Positions 36,430-57,109 of a stretch of 64,000 bases of DNA are shown here, in pieces; within the stretch, counting starts at the first letter, position 1, and every line of letters starts with the position of its first letter. The translations under genes were made by a program, and so were the position numbers. This DNA is from the human T2T-CHM13v2.0 reference genome, Homo sapiens, in the NCBI RefSeq assembly GCF_009914755.1, contig NC_060948.1. One strand, 5' to 3'. A model generated the notes under the pieces. That model saw nothing but the letters and a program-made list of their open reading frames with translations. It did no database searches and had not been told where the DNA came from.

Positions 36430-37190
36430 AGTGACTCACATGAACTACCAAAGTGGGACCTAAATTCATCAGCAAGTCATCCTCTCCAAGCCCTGGAGAA
36501 TGGAAGTCTGAGATCAAGGTGTGGGCAGAAACGTGCTTCCTCTGGAAGCTCTAGGGGAGGGTCCTTCCTGCCTCTCCCAGCTCCTGGGGCTCCAGGTGTC
36601 CCTGGGCTTGTGGCCACTTCACTGCAGTCTCTGCCTCCATCTCCACGTGGCCTTCTCCCCTGTGTCTGTGTCCCCTCTTCTGTCTCTTACAAGGACACCT
36701 GTCATTGTGTTTAGGGCCCATCCTAATTCGGGATGATCTCGTTTCCAGATCCTTAATCACATCTGCAAAGACCCTTTTTCCAAATGAGGTCCCATTCCCA
36801 GGTTCTGGGGGTTATTACGTGAATATGTGCTTCTGAGGGCCACTGTTCAATCCATTACAATTGTATCCAGTTCCTTCTGCAGGCTCTAGGGGAGGGTCCT
36901 TCCTGCCTCTCTCAGCTCCTGGGGGCTCCAGGCATCCCTGGGCTTGTGGCCACATCACTCCAGTCTCTGCCTTCATCTCTATGTGGCCTTCTCCTCTGTG
37001 ACTGTGTCTCCTCTTCTGTCTCTTAGAAGGACACCTGTCATTAGATTTAGGGCCCACCCTACTCCAGGATGATCCCATCTCAAGATCCTTCACCTAATTA
37101 CATCTGCAAAGACCCTGTTTCCAAATAAGGTCACTTTCCCAGGATCCGGGTGGACATATCTTTTGGGGAGGCCTCCATTGAGCCCACTGC
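36430..37190 (-). mobile_element. MLT1B/C-like LTR, tandemly duplicated (~340-bp period)
   Basis: gctctaggggagggtccttcctgcctctc at 36548 and 36883; aggacacctgtcatt, tttagggccca and acatctgcaaagaccct each occur twice. Confidence 0.9.
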
Positions 37191-37523
37191 CCACACACAG
37201 TCTGGCCTGAGGCATCCCCACATTGGAAATTCCACAGCGTCAGCTCTGACTTCTGGCCTCACTACATCCCCAAGCCTCACTCTGTTTTGGGAACTGGTCA
37301 CTGACTCCCAGCTCTGGGCCTGGGTCTGTCCCTGTGTCTCTGTTCTGGTGGTTTCCAGCCTGACTTCATTACTTCCTGGACCCCACTTCTCCCTCTGGAG
37401 TCCACACCCTTCGTCAATTGGGCAACTGGGACCCTTGAGAGGCTCATCTGTCCCTGCCACCTGTCTCAACTCTGAATTCCCTCTCATCCCTCACCTCCTG
37501 GGATCCAACCCACCTCACATTGG

Positions 37524-38580
37524 TATCTATCTATGTGTCTGTCTGTCTGTCTATCTATCTGTCTGTCTGTCTGTCTATCCATCCATCCATCCATCTATCT
37601 ATGTATCTATGTATCTGTGTACTAGCTATCTATCCATCCATCTATGTATCTATGTATCTATCCATCCATCTATCCATCCATCCATCCATCTATGCATCTA
37701 TCTATTTATCTATCATCTATCATCTTTCTGTTTTTCTATCATCTTTTTATCTATCATCTATCTATCCATCTATGTATCTATGTATGTATGTATCTATCTA
37801 TCATCTATCATCCATCTGTCTATGTATCTATGTATCATGTATCATCTATCTATCTATCTAATCTATTATCTATCTATCTATCCATCATCTATATTCTATT
37901 GATTGCATATATTATCATCTATCATGTATGTATCTATCTATCCACCTATGTATCATCAGTCTTTCTATAAATCATTCATCTGTCTATCTTCTATCTTCCA
38001 TCTACCTGTCTATTATCTATGTATCTATAGAACCATCCATTCATCTACTATCTATGTATCTATCCATTATCTATCTACCTATTTCTCGACCTATCTATTT
38101 CTCTATCATCTATTTATTCTCATCTATCATTTAACTATCGATCGATCTCATCTATTATCTATCATCAGTCTATTAATCATCAATCTATCATCAATCTATC
38201 TATGTATCAATCTGTCATGTATCTATCATCAGTCTATCAATCATCCATCTATCTATCTTCTATTTTCTATCTATCACCTATGTAACTATAGATCTATCCA
38301 TTCGTCTATCTATCTACTATCTGTGTATCTATCTATCCATTATCTATCTGTCTATGTATCTATTTATCTATTCTCATCTATCATCTAACTTTTGATTGAT
38401 CTCATCTATTATCTATCTATCATGAGTCTATTAATCATCAACCTATCATCAATCTATGTGTCCATGTATCTGTCTGTCATGTATCTATCTATCTATCATC
38501 AGTCTATCATCTGTCTATCATCAGTCTATCAGCTATCTATCATCTATCTACGTATTTATCATCTATCTATCTATCTGTGT
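37524..38580 (+). repeat. (TCTA)n/(TCCA)n complex satellite
   Basis: Direct reading. Confidence 0.96.
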
Positions 38581-38729
38581 ATCCCGGCCACATTCCCTGG
38601 GCTGAATGTGATCCCTAATGCTTGCCTCTCTTGTTGCCCAGACATCTCCGTCAGATACCAGACGGGACCTTCTCCCTTTCTCTGCAACGGAAGCATCAGT
38701 TCTAAGCCAGGCCCCATCCATCCTGGCTG

Positions 38730-38791
38730 CTCAGAGGAACTGTGGTTAGAGAAAAGCTATCAAGCTTTTCTCTAACCACAGTTCCTCTGAG
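38730..38791. repeat. Perfect inverted repeat, 29-bp arms with a 4-nt loop
   Basis: ctcagaggaactgtggttagagaaaagct-atca-agcttttctctaaccacagttcctctgag. Confidence 0.97.
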
Positions 38792-39011
38792 TGGTGTCTG
38801 CACAGAATGCAGGACAGAAACAGAAGGACAGGGGAAGTGGAGTGGGTGCTGTTGAGCAAGGACGCCTTAGTAAACATTTAGGGATGGGGTCAAATGAGGT
38901 GTGGAAATGGCAGTTCTGTTTCCCAATTCATGAGAACATATTTGAGAAAGAAAAAGGTGGGGCTAGAAGAAATATATGAGAGGATGCATGGTATCATTTA
39001 AGAGATGCTAT

Positions 39012-40480
<1,469 letters not shown>

Positions 40481-40481
40481 T

Positions 40482-41100
<619 letters not shown>

Positions 41101-41531
41101 GAAAGGATCTTTTCAAAAATAGTAGACAATATATGAAGTGTCCAATTTCTCTACATCCTTCTCCTCCTCACCAACTCTTGTGATTTTCCATTTTTTAAGG
41201 AATCATAACTGCTTCCGGTGAATGCAAAATCACATATTTGCTACATAACGCCCATTTGTGGAGTAAGCAAGTCGACCTGAATTTCACACGCTGCTTTAAA
41301 CTTTTCTTATGCAAATTTGCAAATCCAGAATCCGGGAGAAGATTATCTGGAAGCATTCCCATCAACTGTTTTCCATGCACCTGTTTCTTTGAGGCTGTGA
41401 TATTTTAAGGCAATAGTCCAGACATTACATCATTTAGCCTAAAATTACTTTAGGATGTAAATCTAACAGATAATAACATGTTTTATTTCATAACCAGAAC
41501 ACTAATTATGAAGCCTTCATAATAACAGTAA

Positions 41532-41924
<393 letters not shown>

Positions 41925-41994
41925 TGAAACAAGGTCACCTTGTTATATTTACTGATTTTTCTCAAGTATCTCTTTAAAATGAGACCTGAGACAA

Positions 41995-43190
41995 ATGTAT
42001 ATAATTATATATATATTTATATTACTTTATAATATATAATTATATATTAATTATAATATATTATTCATATATCATATATAAATATAATATATATATTATG
42101 TTATATAAATATATCATATGTATATTATGTTATATAAATATATCATATACATTATGTTATATAAATATACAATATATACATTATGTTATATAAATATACA
42201 ATATATACATTATGTTATATAAATATATAATGTATACATTATGTTATATAAATATATAATGTATACATTATGTTATATAAATATATAATGTATACATTAT
42301 GTTATATAAATATATAATGTATACATTATGTTATATAAATATATAATGTATATATTATGTTATATAAATATATAATGTATATATTATGTTATATAAATAT
42401 ATAATGTATATATTATGTTATATAAATATATAATATATATATTATGTTATATAAATATATAATATATATATTATGTTATATAAATATATAATATATATTA
42501 TGTTATATAAATATATAATATATATTTATATTATGTTATATAAATATATAATATATATTTATATTATGTTATATAAATATATAATATATATTATGTTATA
42601 TAAATATATAATATATATATTATGTTATATAAATATATAATATATATATTATGTTATATAAATATATAATATATATATTATGTTATATAAATATATAATA
42701 TATATATTATGTTATATAAATATATAATATATATTATGTTATATAAATATATAATATATATTATGTTATATAAATATATTATATATATATTATGTTATAT
42801 AAATATATTATATATATTATGTTATATAAATATATAATATATATTATGTTATATAAATATATAATATATATATTATGTTATATAAATATATAATATATAT
42901 ATTATGTTATATAAATATGTATAAATTATATATTTAAATATATAATTTAAATAATATTAAACAATATTTAATATAACATATATTATATATCAATATATAA
43001 TGTAATACTATATAATAATTATTAATATTAACTAATTATTGATATTCATTAAGTATTAATAATACCATGATTGTTAATATAATAAATATTCTATGTTATA
43101 TAATAAATAATATAAATATATATGATATATTAAGTATAATATAATTTTATAATAAATATGTTATATTGTTATATTATTTTATATATTTTT
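41995..43190 (+). repeat. AT-rich minisatellite, ~28-30 bp unit, with AT-rich flanks
   Basis: Unit attatgttatataaatatataat(g/a)tata(c/t), repeated from about 42095 to 42920. Confidence 0.96.
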
Positions 43191-43204
43191 CTATGTAAAA
43201 AATG

Positions 43205-43689
<485 letters not shown>

Positions 43690-44146
43690 TAATACAGTTT
43701 GATTAGATCAAGCCACACTTCACAACTCCATGCAGCCCCTATGCCTCCAGGCCTGAAGGAGTTAACGCTAATTCTTTTTATGTTGGAGATTACCATTTTA
43801 TTACCAATGCTTTGTGAAAGTGCCATTATCATAAAATTGAAAACCGTCATCAAATTCTCTCCACGTGAAGAGGGGAGGCTTTTAGATGTGGGAGCGATTC
43901 TGACGACGCTGAAGGGTAGCAATTACCCTGTGACCATCCTCTGCGTGGAGGATTAAAAATAATCATTAAAGTAATGAGGCGTGAGTGGGATTTAAGGAAC
44001 TCTCGCCGTAGTTAATTTGTTTTTGTAGTGAATTATTTAAATCTTCTTCCCGGGCCCCCATGCCTCCCATTTTTGTTTGGAAAAGAGACGTGCATTAACG
44101 GTTCTTAGAAGTGTACGTGGGGTGAAGCTGGTAATTAATAATATGA

Positions 44147-45161
<1,015 letters not shown>

Positions 45162-45694
45162 TCATGTCCTGATGAGAGGTTTCACTCCCTCAGGGATCTT
45201 CCCCTCCCCATGAGCCCTCCGGGGCCCCTAAGAGCAAAATGTTGACAAGCGCGTCTTAGGACCTCCACCCTGTTGAAATGGACTTTCACTTTTATACTAA
45301 GTGCCTCAGCATGGAGGTTTTCTTTCAACGCAGCAATCCCACTGAAAGAGCTGGGAGAAGGTTGAACTGAGGGAGCTAGGAGAAAACCCACCTCAAATAA
45401 CCAGTGGGGTGTGGGGGTGCAGTATCTTTAAGCGTTCCTCTCTGCTGGTTTCGTAGCTGATTAAACCGAGGGAAAAATCCATGCATTCTGGTCTAGAAGG
45501 ACAGGAGGCAGCTTGCGTGTCCACCTGTTAGAGGCCGGGAAATCAAGCCCCAGAGACTTGGGGGTGATAGAAATAGAATCTACGAGCTTCAACGGCCTCA
45601 TCCAGAAACTGTGAGTTAAAGGCAGGGTTGAGAGAGAAATTCCTTGGCATCCAGCATGATTTAAGTTATTTCTGTGGGTTCCACAGTATTTCTA

Positions 45695-47020
<1,326 letters not shown>

Positions 47021-47685
47021 TGATTTCATGTCACCTTCTGAGCACTCGCCTCTCAACAGGGAGAATTTTTTACTGTTAACCAAGCAGGTCTATTTTCAGA
47101 AATATGTAAACCGTGCCTTGCAAACATTGAGAAGCAGTTACCGCTTAGCAGTTAATCAATGGATTTAAGATCAGCTCTTGTAAGCCGAAAGATACCGTGT
47201 AATAAATGACTGTTGGTGTTGATTAAATAGTGAGACTCAGCCGAGGCACTTAATCAATCTCCGAAGCCGTTTACAGGGAGCCCGCGTGCTCATAGCGGTT
47301 ATGTGACAAGCTGTAAAACAGAAAATAGAAAATAGACTGGATGTTGTCATCAGAATGGATCTATTTTATACATGAGACAAATTCACAGAAAATCATTTGC
47401 AGATGGTTCCATTGTTGTGTCGGGGTTCAGTGGGTGCTGGGAGTCGCTGGGGCAAAAGGAAGACTTTTCTCAAAGACTCAGCAGGAGAATGACTTTCATT
47501 TCACTGAAGTCAGCCCCGTAGCTAAGGCTGCAGACAAATCAGGAGCAACTATAGCTGAGAACCCTCTTTGTGAACGTGAGCCCCAATCTGCCCGTCACGG
47601 GGTGACATCACCACCAACCGTGACACCGTCAGTGTCCAAACAAGAGCGAAAGGACATTCGCAGTGCAGAAGTAAAAGATGATGCT

Positions 47686-47825
47686 GGCCAGGTGCGGTGC
47701 CTCGTGCCTGTGATTGCAACACTTTGGGAATTCGAGGCTGGAGAGGATTGCTTGAAGCCAGGAGTTCGAGACCAGCCTGGGCAACATGGGAAGACCCCCA
47801 TCTCTGCACACACACACGCACGCGC

Positions 47826-47866
<41 letters not shown>

Positions 47867-47941
47867 AGCCCAGGAGGTGGAGTCTGCTGTGAGCCGTGAT
47901 CGTGCCACTGCACTCCAGACTGGACAGCAGAGTGAGACCCC
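47686..47941 (+). mobile_element. AluJ-like SINE whose middle is replaced by (CA)n/(CGCA)n
   Basis: Left arm, then cacacacgcacgcgcacac..., then cttgagcccaggaggtgg. Confidence 0.88.
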
Positions 47942-47944
47942 ATA

Positions 47945-48633
47945 TGAGGTGGGAGAAGGGACCTTCCCTGAGGAACCTGCACCCTCTCCCAACCCCAGGA
48001 TGGAAATCAAGGAAAATCATGAGTTCTTTCCAGGAAAATTCCAGGCACCTCGCTACAGTAGCTTAAAACAATAGTCAGCCCGGCACGGTGGCTCACGCCT
48101 GTCATCCCAGCACTTTGGGAGGCCGAGGCAGGTGGATCCCCTGAGGTCGGGAGTTCAAGACCAGCCTGACCAACGTGGAGAAACCCCGTCTCTACTAAAA
48201 ATACAAAAATTAGCCGGGCGTGGAGGCGGACTCCTGCAGTCCTAGCTACTCGGGAGGCTGAGGCAGGAGAACTTCCTGAGGGACCTGCAGAAAGTCACAC
48301 CGACAAGCTACGGCTGACATTTTTTTCTGCTGACCCCAAATTTTTACAGAACCCTTCGCCTCCTTAGCCAGTTGCAAATCAGGGAAGTTTGGACTTCACC
48401 TATGACCTGTAAGCTTTGAGATGTCCCAGCTTTTTATAGCAAACCAATGTTACTTATGCCTCCTCTGCCTTGAAAATCCCATACGTGGGGGCCCCTGGGG
48501 AGGTCAGGAGTAAAGCATGGGGTGCCCGATCCTCTTGCCAAAGAAAACACCCTCCTTTCTCTCACGGCAAATCCCAATGTGGATGTTGGGCTTTGCTGTG
48601 TCCGGTGGGAGGACCCAAGAAAGTTCTGGAACA
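47945..48633 (+). mobile_element. ERV1 (MER4-group-like) LTR remnant with a partial Alu (48078-48271)
   Basis: TGAGG start; aaattccaggcacct..gtagcttaaaacaatag; cacctatgacctgtaagc...gagatgtcccagc...aaccaatgt; ends in ca. Confidence 0.6.
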
Positions 48634-48733
48634 GAAACAGGGCTTTGAGGAGGTACCTCAAAGCTAAACAAGATAATGAGGGTGGTGTCCCAATGCAAAA
48701 AGGTTGGTGACCTCCTAAGAAAGAGGAAGAAAT

Positions 48734-50726
48734 CTCTCTCTGTCTCTCCTCTCTTGATACCTCTCCATCTCTCTTCTCATCTCCTCTCTCTCTCTTTTTC
48801 TCTTTCTCAGCACCTCTCTGTCTCTGTCTCTCCTCTCCTCTCTTCTCCTCTTTCTCTCTCTCTCTCTTTTCTCTTTCGATATCTCTCCATCTCTCTTCTC
48901 ATCTCCTCTCTCTCTCTCTTTTTCTCTTTCTCAGCACCTCTCTGTCTCTGTCTCTCCTCTCCTCTCTTCTCCTCTTTCTCTCTCTCTCTCTTTTCTCTTT
49001 CGATATCTCTCCATCTCTCTTCTCATCTCCTCTCTCTCTCTCTTTTTCTCTTTCTCAGCACCTCTCTGTCTCTGTCTCTCCTCTCCTCTCTTCTCCTCTT
49101 TCTCTCTCTCTCTCTTTTCTCTTTCGATATCTCTCCATCTCTCTTCTCATCTCCTCTCTCTCTCTTTTTCTCTTTCTCAGCACCTCTCTGTCTCTGTCTC
49201 TCCTCTCCTCTCTTCTCCTCTTTCTCTCTCTCTCTCTTTTCTCTTTCGATATCTCTCCATCTCTCTTCTCATCTCCTCTCTCTTTTTCTCTTTCTCTCTT
49301 TCTTGGTACCTCTCTCTCCCCCTCTCTGTCTCTCCTCTCCACTCTTCTCCTCTCCCTCTGTCTCTCTGTCTGTCTCTCTATTTCTGCTTATTTTCTCCTC
49401 TCTCTCGATACCATGCTCTCTCTCTCCTCTTCTTTTCTCCTCCCTCTCTCTCTTTCTCCTTATTTTCTCCTCTCTCTGTCATTCTTGGTATCTCTCTTTC
49501 TCTCTCTCTCTCCTCACCTCTCTTCTCCTTTCTCTGTTTTCTCCTCTGTCTCTTTCTCAGTACCTTCCTCTCTCTCCTCTCTTCTCCTCTGTCTCTTTCT
49601 CTCCCTCTGCTTTTTGGTACCCCTTCCCCTCTTGTCTCCTCTTTTCTCTCTCTGTCTCTCTCTCTTACTCTGTATTTTCTCCTCTCTCTCTGTCTCTCTT
49701 TCTTGATCTCTCTCTCTCCTCTCTACTCTCTCTCTCTCTGTCTCTTTATTTTCTCCTCTGTCTCTCTTTCTCGGTACTTCTCTCTCGTCTCCTCTCTTCT
49801 CCTCTCTCTGTTTATTTCTCTCCTCCTCCTTCTCGGTACCCCCCTCCTCCTCTTTTCTCTTCTCTCTCTGTCTGTCTGTCCGTCTCTCTTTCTCTTTATT
49901 TTCTCCTCTCTCCCTCTCTTTCTCGGTACCTGTCTCTCTCTGTGTCTCCTCTCGTCTCTTCTCCTCTTTGTTTCTCTCTCTCTCTCTTTCTCGGTACCTC
50001 TCTCCCTCTATCTCCTCTCCTCTCTTCTCTCTCTCTCCCTCTCTCTCTTTCTCTGTATTTTCTCCTCTATCGCTTTCTCAGTACCTCTCTCTTTCCCCTC
50101 TCCTCTCTCTTTCTTTCTCTCTGTCTTTCTCTTTCTCTGTACCCACCTTTCTCTCTCCTCTCCTCTCTTCTTCTTTCTCTCTCTCTCTTTCTCTGTGTGC
50201 AGGAGTTCTTTCTCTCTGTCTCACTCACTCTCTCTCTTTCTCTGTATTTTCTCCTCTATCTCTCAGTACCTCTCTCTTTCCCCTCTCCTCTCTCCTTCTT
50301 TCTGTCTTTCTCTTTCTCTGTACCCACCTTTCTCTCTCCTCTCCTCTCTTCTTTCTCTCTCTCTCTTTCTCTGTGTGCAGTTCTTTCTCTCTGTCTCACT
50401 CGCTCTCTCTCTTTCTCTGTATTTTCTCCTCTATCTCTCAGTACCTCTCTCTTTCTCCTCCCCTCTCTTCTTCTTTCTCTCTGTCTTTCTCTTTCTCTGT
50501 ACCCCCTTCTCTCTCTCCTCTCCTCTCTTCTTCTCTCTCTCTCTCTTTCTCTGTATTTTCTCCTCTATCTCTTTCTCAGTACCTCTCTCTTTCCCCCTCC
50601 TCTCTCTTTCTTTCTGTCTTTCTCTTTCTCTGTACCCCCCTTCCTCTCTCTCTCTCTCTCTGTCTCTCTCTTCCTCTCTCTCTCTCTCTCTCCCTCCCTC
50701 TCTCTCTCTCCCTCCCTCTCTCTGTC
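48734..50726 (+). repeat. 2-kb CT-rich polypyrimidine satellite with ~123-bp higher-order repeats
   Basis: cgatatctctccatc at about 48878, 49002, 49126 and 49248; later gtacc-containing units. Confidence 0.96.
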
Positions 50727-50945
50727 TGCAGAAGCATACATCAGGGAAATGCCCTGTGAGGACAGAGAGGGAAGGCAGCTGTCTGCACCCTGGAAGGGGC
50801 AAGGGAACCCTCTCCAAAACCCACCCATGCCAGCGACTCCCCAATTCTGGACTTGCAGCTTCTAGAGCTGTGAGAAAATAAAGGTTTCTTTTGCAGGCTG
50901 TACATTCTGAGCTGTTTTGCAATAACCAGCCCGAGCTGACGAACT
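50727..50945 (+). mobile_element. MLT1A-like LTR 3' half
   Basis: gccctgtgaggacagagagggaaggcagctgtctgc...ggacttgcagcttctagagctgtgagaaaataaa...cagcccgagctgac. Confidence 0.8.
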
Positions 50946-51348
50946 GCGCTGTGTAGGCTCAGGTAGATAAGGATCCACCCAACATTCCCTCCTAGCTCAG
51001 GACAAAACTGGCAAGCGCCTCATGTTGTCGACCCATCCCCACGGCCCTGGAAGGTCCCGAAGCTGTCAGGAAAAGCTCATTTCTGTAAAAGCGTCTTCAC
51101 TCCTTTTAGAGGAAGCTGCTGACAGACTTTGCAGTGGTGCCCGATGTGACAAGCTGGGTCCAAAGAGCTCGGCGTTCAGGGCCAGGCTTAATGGGGAACA
51201 TGTCTCGGCCAGTGTTTCTACTTAATTAGGCCTTTTTCGTACCGATTGGACTATTTTTTATGACGGTCCAGTCCAACTGCCCCCAAACATGATAAACTGA
51301 TTACGTGTGCTCTGTTGCAAGAGTTTTTAATAAATATGAACCATCTGA

Positions 51349-51708
<360 letters not shown>

Positions 51709-51993
51709 CAAACTTGTTTCTTTATTCCGTCTCAGTATTTAGGAAACATCCTTTAAGCCATGGAGCGATTTGAGATCAAAACAGAGCCCCTCCTTTTGAG
51801 ACGAAGGATCTGGGCGTCAAGAAGGGTCTGTAGCTTCTCCATGGGACCCTGTGGAGCTTGGAGGGCTCTGTCAAAGCTCTCACTGCAGAGAGCACAGGGT
51901 GTTCACTGGTGTGTGAGGCTTAGGGCCTTTGCAGGTTTAGAGAGTCTCAGGCGGCCTAAGTCATATTCATTCACTCACAGAGTCAGCGGCTCT

Positions 51994-53484
51994 GGCCACC
52001 CGCTGGCATGGGTGGCTTTTATCAAGGGCTTCCTTCCTCCTTCGAGGGTGGAGACAGCCGCCTTCTCGCTCTATCCTCTCAGGGCCTTTCCCAGGTGTGT
52101 ATGCTCCTGCAGAGAGAGAGAGAGAGAGAGACAGAAAGAAAGAAGAAGAGAGGAGAAGAGAGAGAGAGGGTGTACAGAGAAAGAGAAACAAAGAGAGAGA
52201 TGAGGGGGAAAGAGAGACAGAGAGAGAAAGAAACAGAAAGAGGAGACGACATGAGAGGAGAGAGAGACAAAGAGAGAGAGAAAGAGAAAGGTACCGAGAA
52301 AGAGAGGGAAGTAGGAGAAAAGGAAGAGAAAGAGACAGACAGAGAGAAAGAAGAAGAGGGGGGGGGTGTACAGAGAAACAGAGAGAGAGACAGAAAGAGA
52401 GAGAGGAGAGAGGAAAGAGAGAGGTGCTGAGAAAGAGAGAGAGGAGAGAGGAAAGAGAGAGGTGCTGAGAAAGAGAGAGAGGAGAAAATAAAGAGAGAGA
52501 GAGAGAAAGACAGAGAGAAACGAGAGGAGAAGAGATAGAGGGAGAGAGGTACCAAGAAAGAGAGAAAGAGACAGAGAGAAGGAAGAAGAGAGGAGAGGAA
52601 AGGGGAGGTGTATGGAGAAAGAGAGAGAGAAAGAAAGAGAGAGGAGAGGGGAAAGAGAGAGGTGCTGAGAAAGAGAGAGAGGAGACAATAAAGAGAGAGA
52701 GAGAAAGACAGAGAGAAACGAGAGGAGAGGAGATAGAGGGAGAGAGGTACCAAGAAAGAGAGAGAGAGAGGCAGAGAGAAAGAAGAAGAGAGGAGAGAGA
52801 GGGGGTGTACTGAGAAAGAGAGAGAGGGAAAGAAAGAAAGAGAGGAGAGGGGAAAGAGAGCAGTACTGAGAAAGAGAGAAAAAAGAGAGAGAGAGAAAGA
52901 GAGAAATGAGAGGAGAGGAGATAGAGGGAGAGACGTACCAGGAAAGAGAGAGAGACAGAGAGACAGAAAGACAGAAAGAAGAGAGGAGAGGAGAGGGGGT
53001 GTACAGAGAGAGAGTAGAGGGGAAAGAGAGGTACTGAGAAAGAGAGAGAGGAAAAAATACAGAGAAAGAGAGAGACAGAGAGAGATGACAGGAGAGGAGA
53101 TAGAGGGAGAGAGGTACCAAGAAAGAGAGAGAGGGAGAGAGACAGAGAGAGAAAGAAGAAGAGAGGAGAGGAAAGAGAGGGGGGTGTATAGAGAAAGAGA
53201 GAGAGAAAGAAAGAGAGAGAGGAGAGAGGAAAGAGAGAGGTACTGAGAAAGAGAGAGAGGAGAACATACAGAGAAAGAGTGAGAGAGACAGAGAGAGAGG
53301 AGAGAGGAGAGGGGATAGAAGGAGAGAGGTACTGAGAAAGCGAGAGAGAGAGAGAGAAGAAGAGATGAGAGGAGAGAGAGGAGGGTGTACAGAAAAAGAG
53401 AGAGAGAGAAAGAGAGGAGAGGGGAAAGAGAGAGGTACTGAGAAAGAGTGAGAGAAGGAAATAAAGAGAAGGAGAGATAAAGAA
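51994..53484 (-). repeat. Inverted paralogue of the MLT1 fragment + CT satellite (GA-rich on the + strand), flanked by a 17-bp direct repeat
   Basis: 52002-52112 reverse-complements to 50726-50835; acagagtcagcggctct at 51977 and 53485. Confidence 0.9.
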
Positions 53485-53716
53485 ACAGAGTCAGCGGCTC
53501 TTCATTTGCTGGTCCACACACAAGCCCACCAGGATAGACAGTGAAGCAGCTGAACTGTAGACAGAAGAGAGGGTAGAAGGCATTTGCAGCAAGACACACG
53601 GGAAAGGATGACCCAAAACCGTGATGCGAGTTTGAGAGTCAGACTCGATATACCAGCATTATTACCCAATAAAGGCCAAACAGGGATTCTAGGAGGGCCT
53701 TGATATTTTTGTCTTA

Positions 53717-56071
<2,355 letters not shown>

Positions 56072-57109
56072 AGGTAGAAACGGGTGAGGTAGTGTGAGTG
56101 CCTCACTCAAGTGAAGGTGCCCTGTCCACAGCAGGGTAGGAAGAGGCTGTGGGCATCACAGACCACAGACCGGGTGTGAGATCTGGCAGCCAAGGACTTC
56201 AAGGCAGATACAACCAGCTTTATGCGGTATCTGCCAATGGGAAGGGGTAGGATGAGGCAAGGTCGCCACCCGGAACAGAGACCCACGTCCACAAAACAGG
56301 GGCAAAATTGGGAAAAGCCAGCAGTGACGCGATTGAAAGCCACGTTTTTATTGCACTGGCAGATATGATTTAAATAGGGGTGCGATGAGAATACGTTCAA
56401 AGGAATCATTTTATTTAGGAGTAGGATGTGAGGGAGGACTCTTGGGCATTTGGATGTCGAGAGACAGAGAGAAAGAAATATTTTCAGGGGACATTTTGAA
56501 AGGAGACTTATTAATAATTCAAGGGGCAAAGGCGTTCCAAGCTGTACCTGGAAAGTATTTTAAGCCAAACTACAGCCTACACTAAAGAACGGTTTCCAGC
56601 CTGTTATCTGACTTGCTACCAAAAATACATTTAAAGTAGAAATTTGGAGGCTGGTCCTCTTGAAATGCGGTGCAAATTGCTCCCCAATTTTTATATTAGA
56701 CGCAGAGAGAGACACTTATGAGGCAGTCTCGCCAACATAAGATATTAGAGAAAAAATTGGAAAGAGCAGTGTAGGATATTTCCCTCAACAAGGTTGCAAG
56801 CAAAGATGGATGTATTTGCAAATAAGAAATTTATGAAATACTGTTGCAAAGCTCATGTTTGCAAGGCGTCTCCACCCACAACGGGGTCTCGAGACAAAGA
56901 GAGTAGGTCTCAGCACCAAGCCCTCTGCTCATGTTGTTTGGAACGGCGCCATTGGTTTTCTTTGTGTTTCTGTTTTGTATTATAGTGTACGATGGCTCCC
57001 TGGCCTCTCTGGGTCTCTCAGGGAACCAAGCGTCCACTGTGCCCAAGAAGGAAAAAGGAAAAAAGTGGACTGGACCTTCTCTGTCCTCTCTAGACCTCTG
57101 GATAACAGG

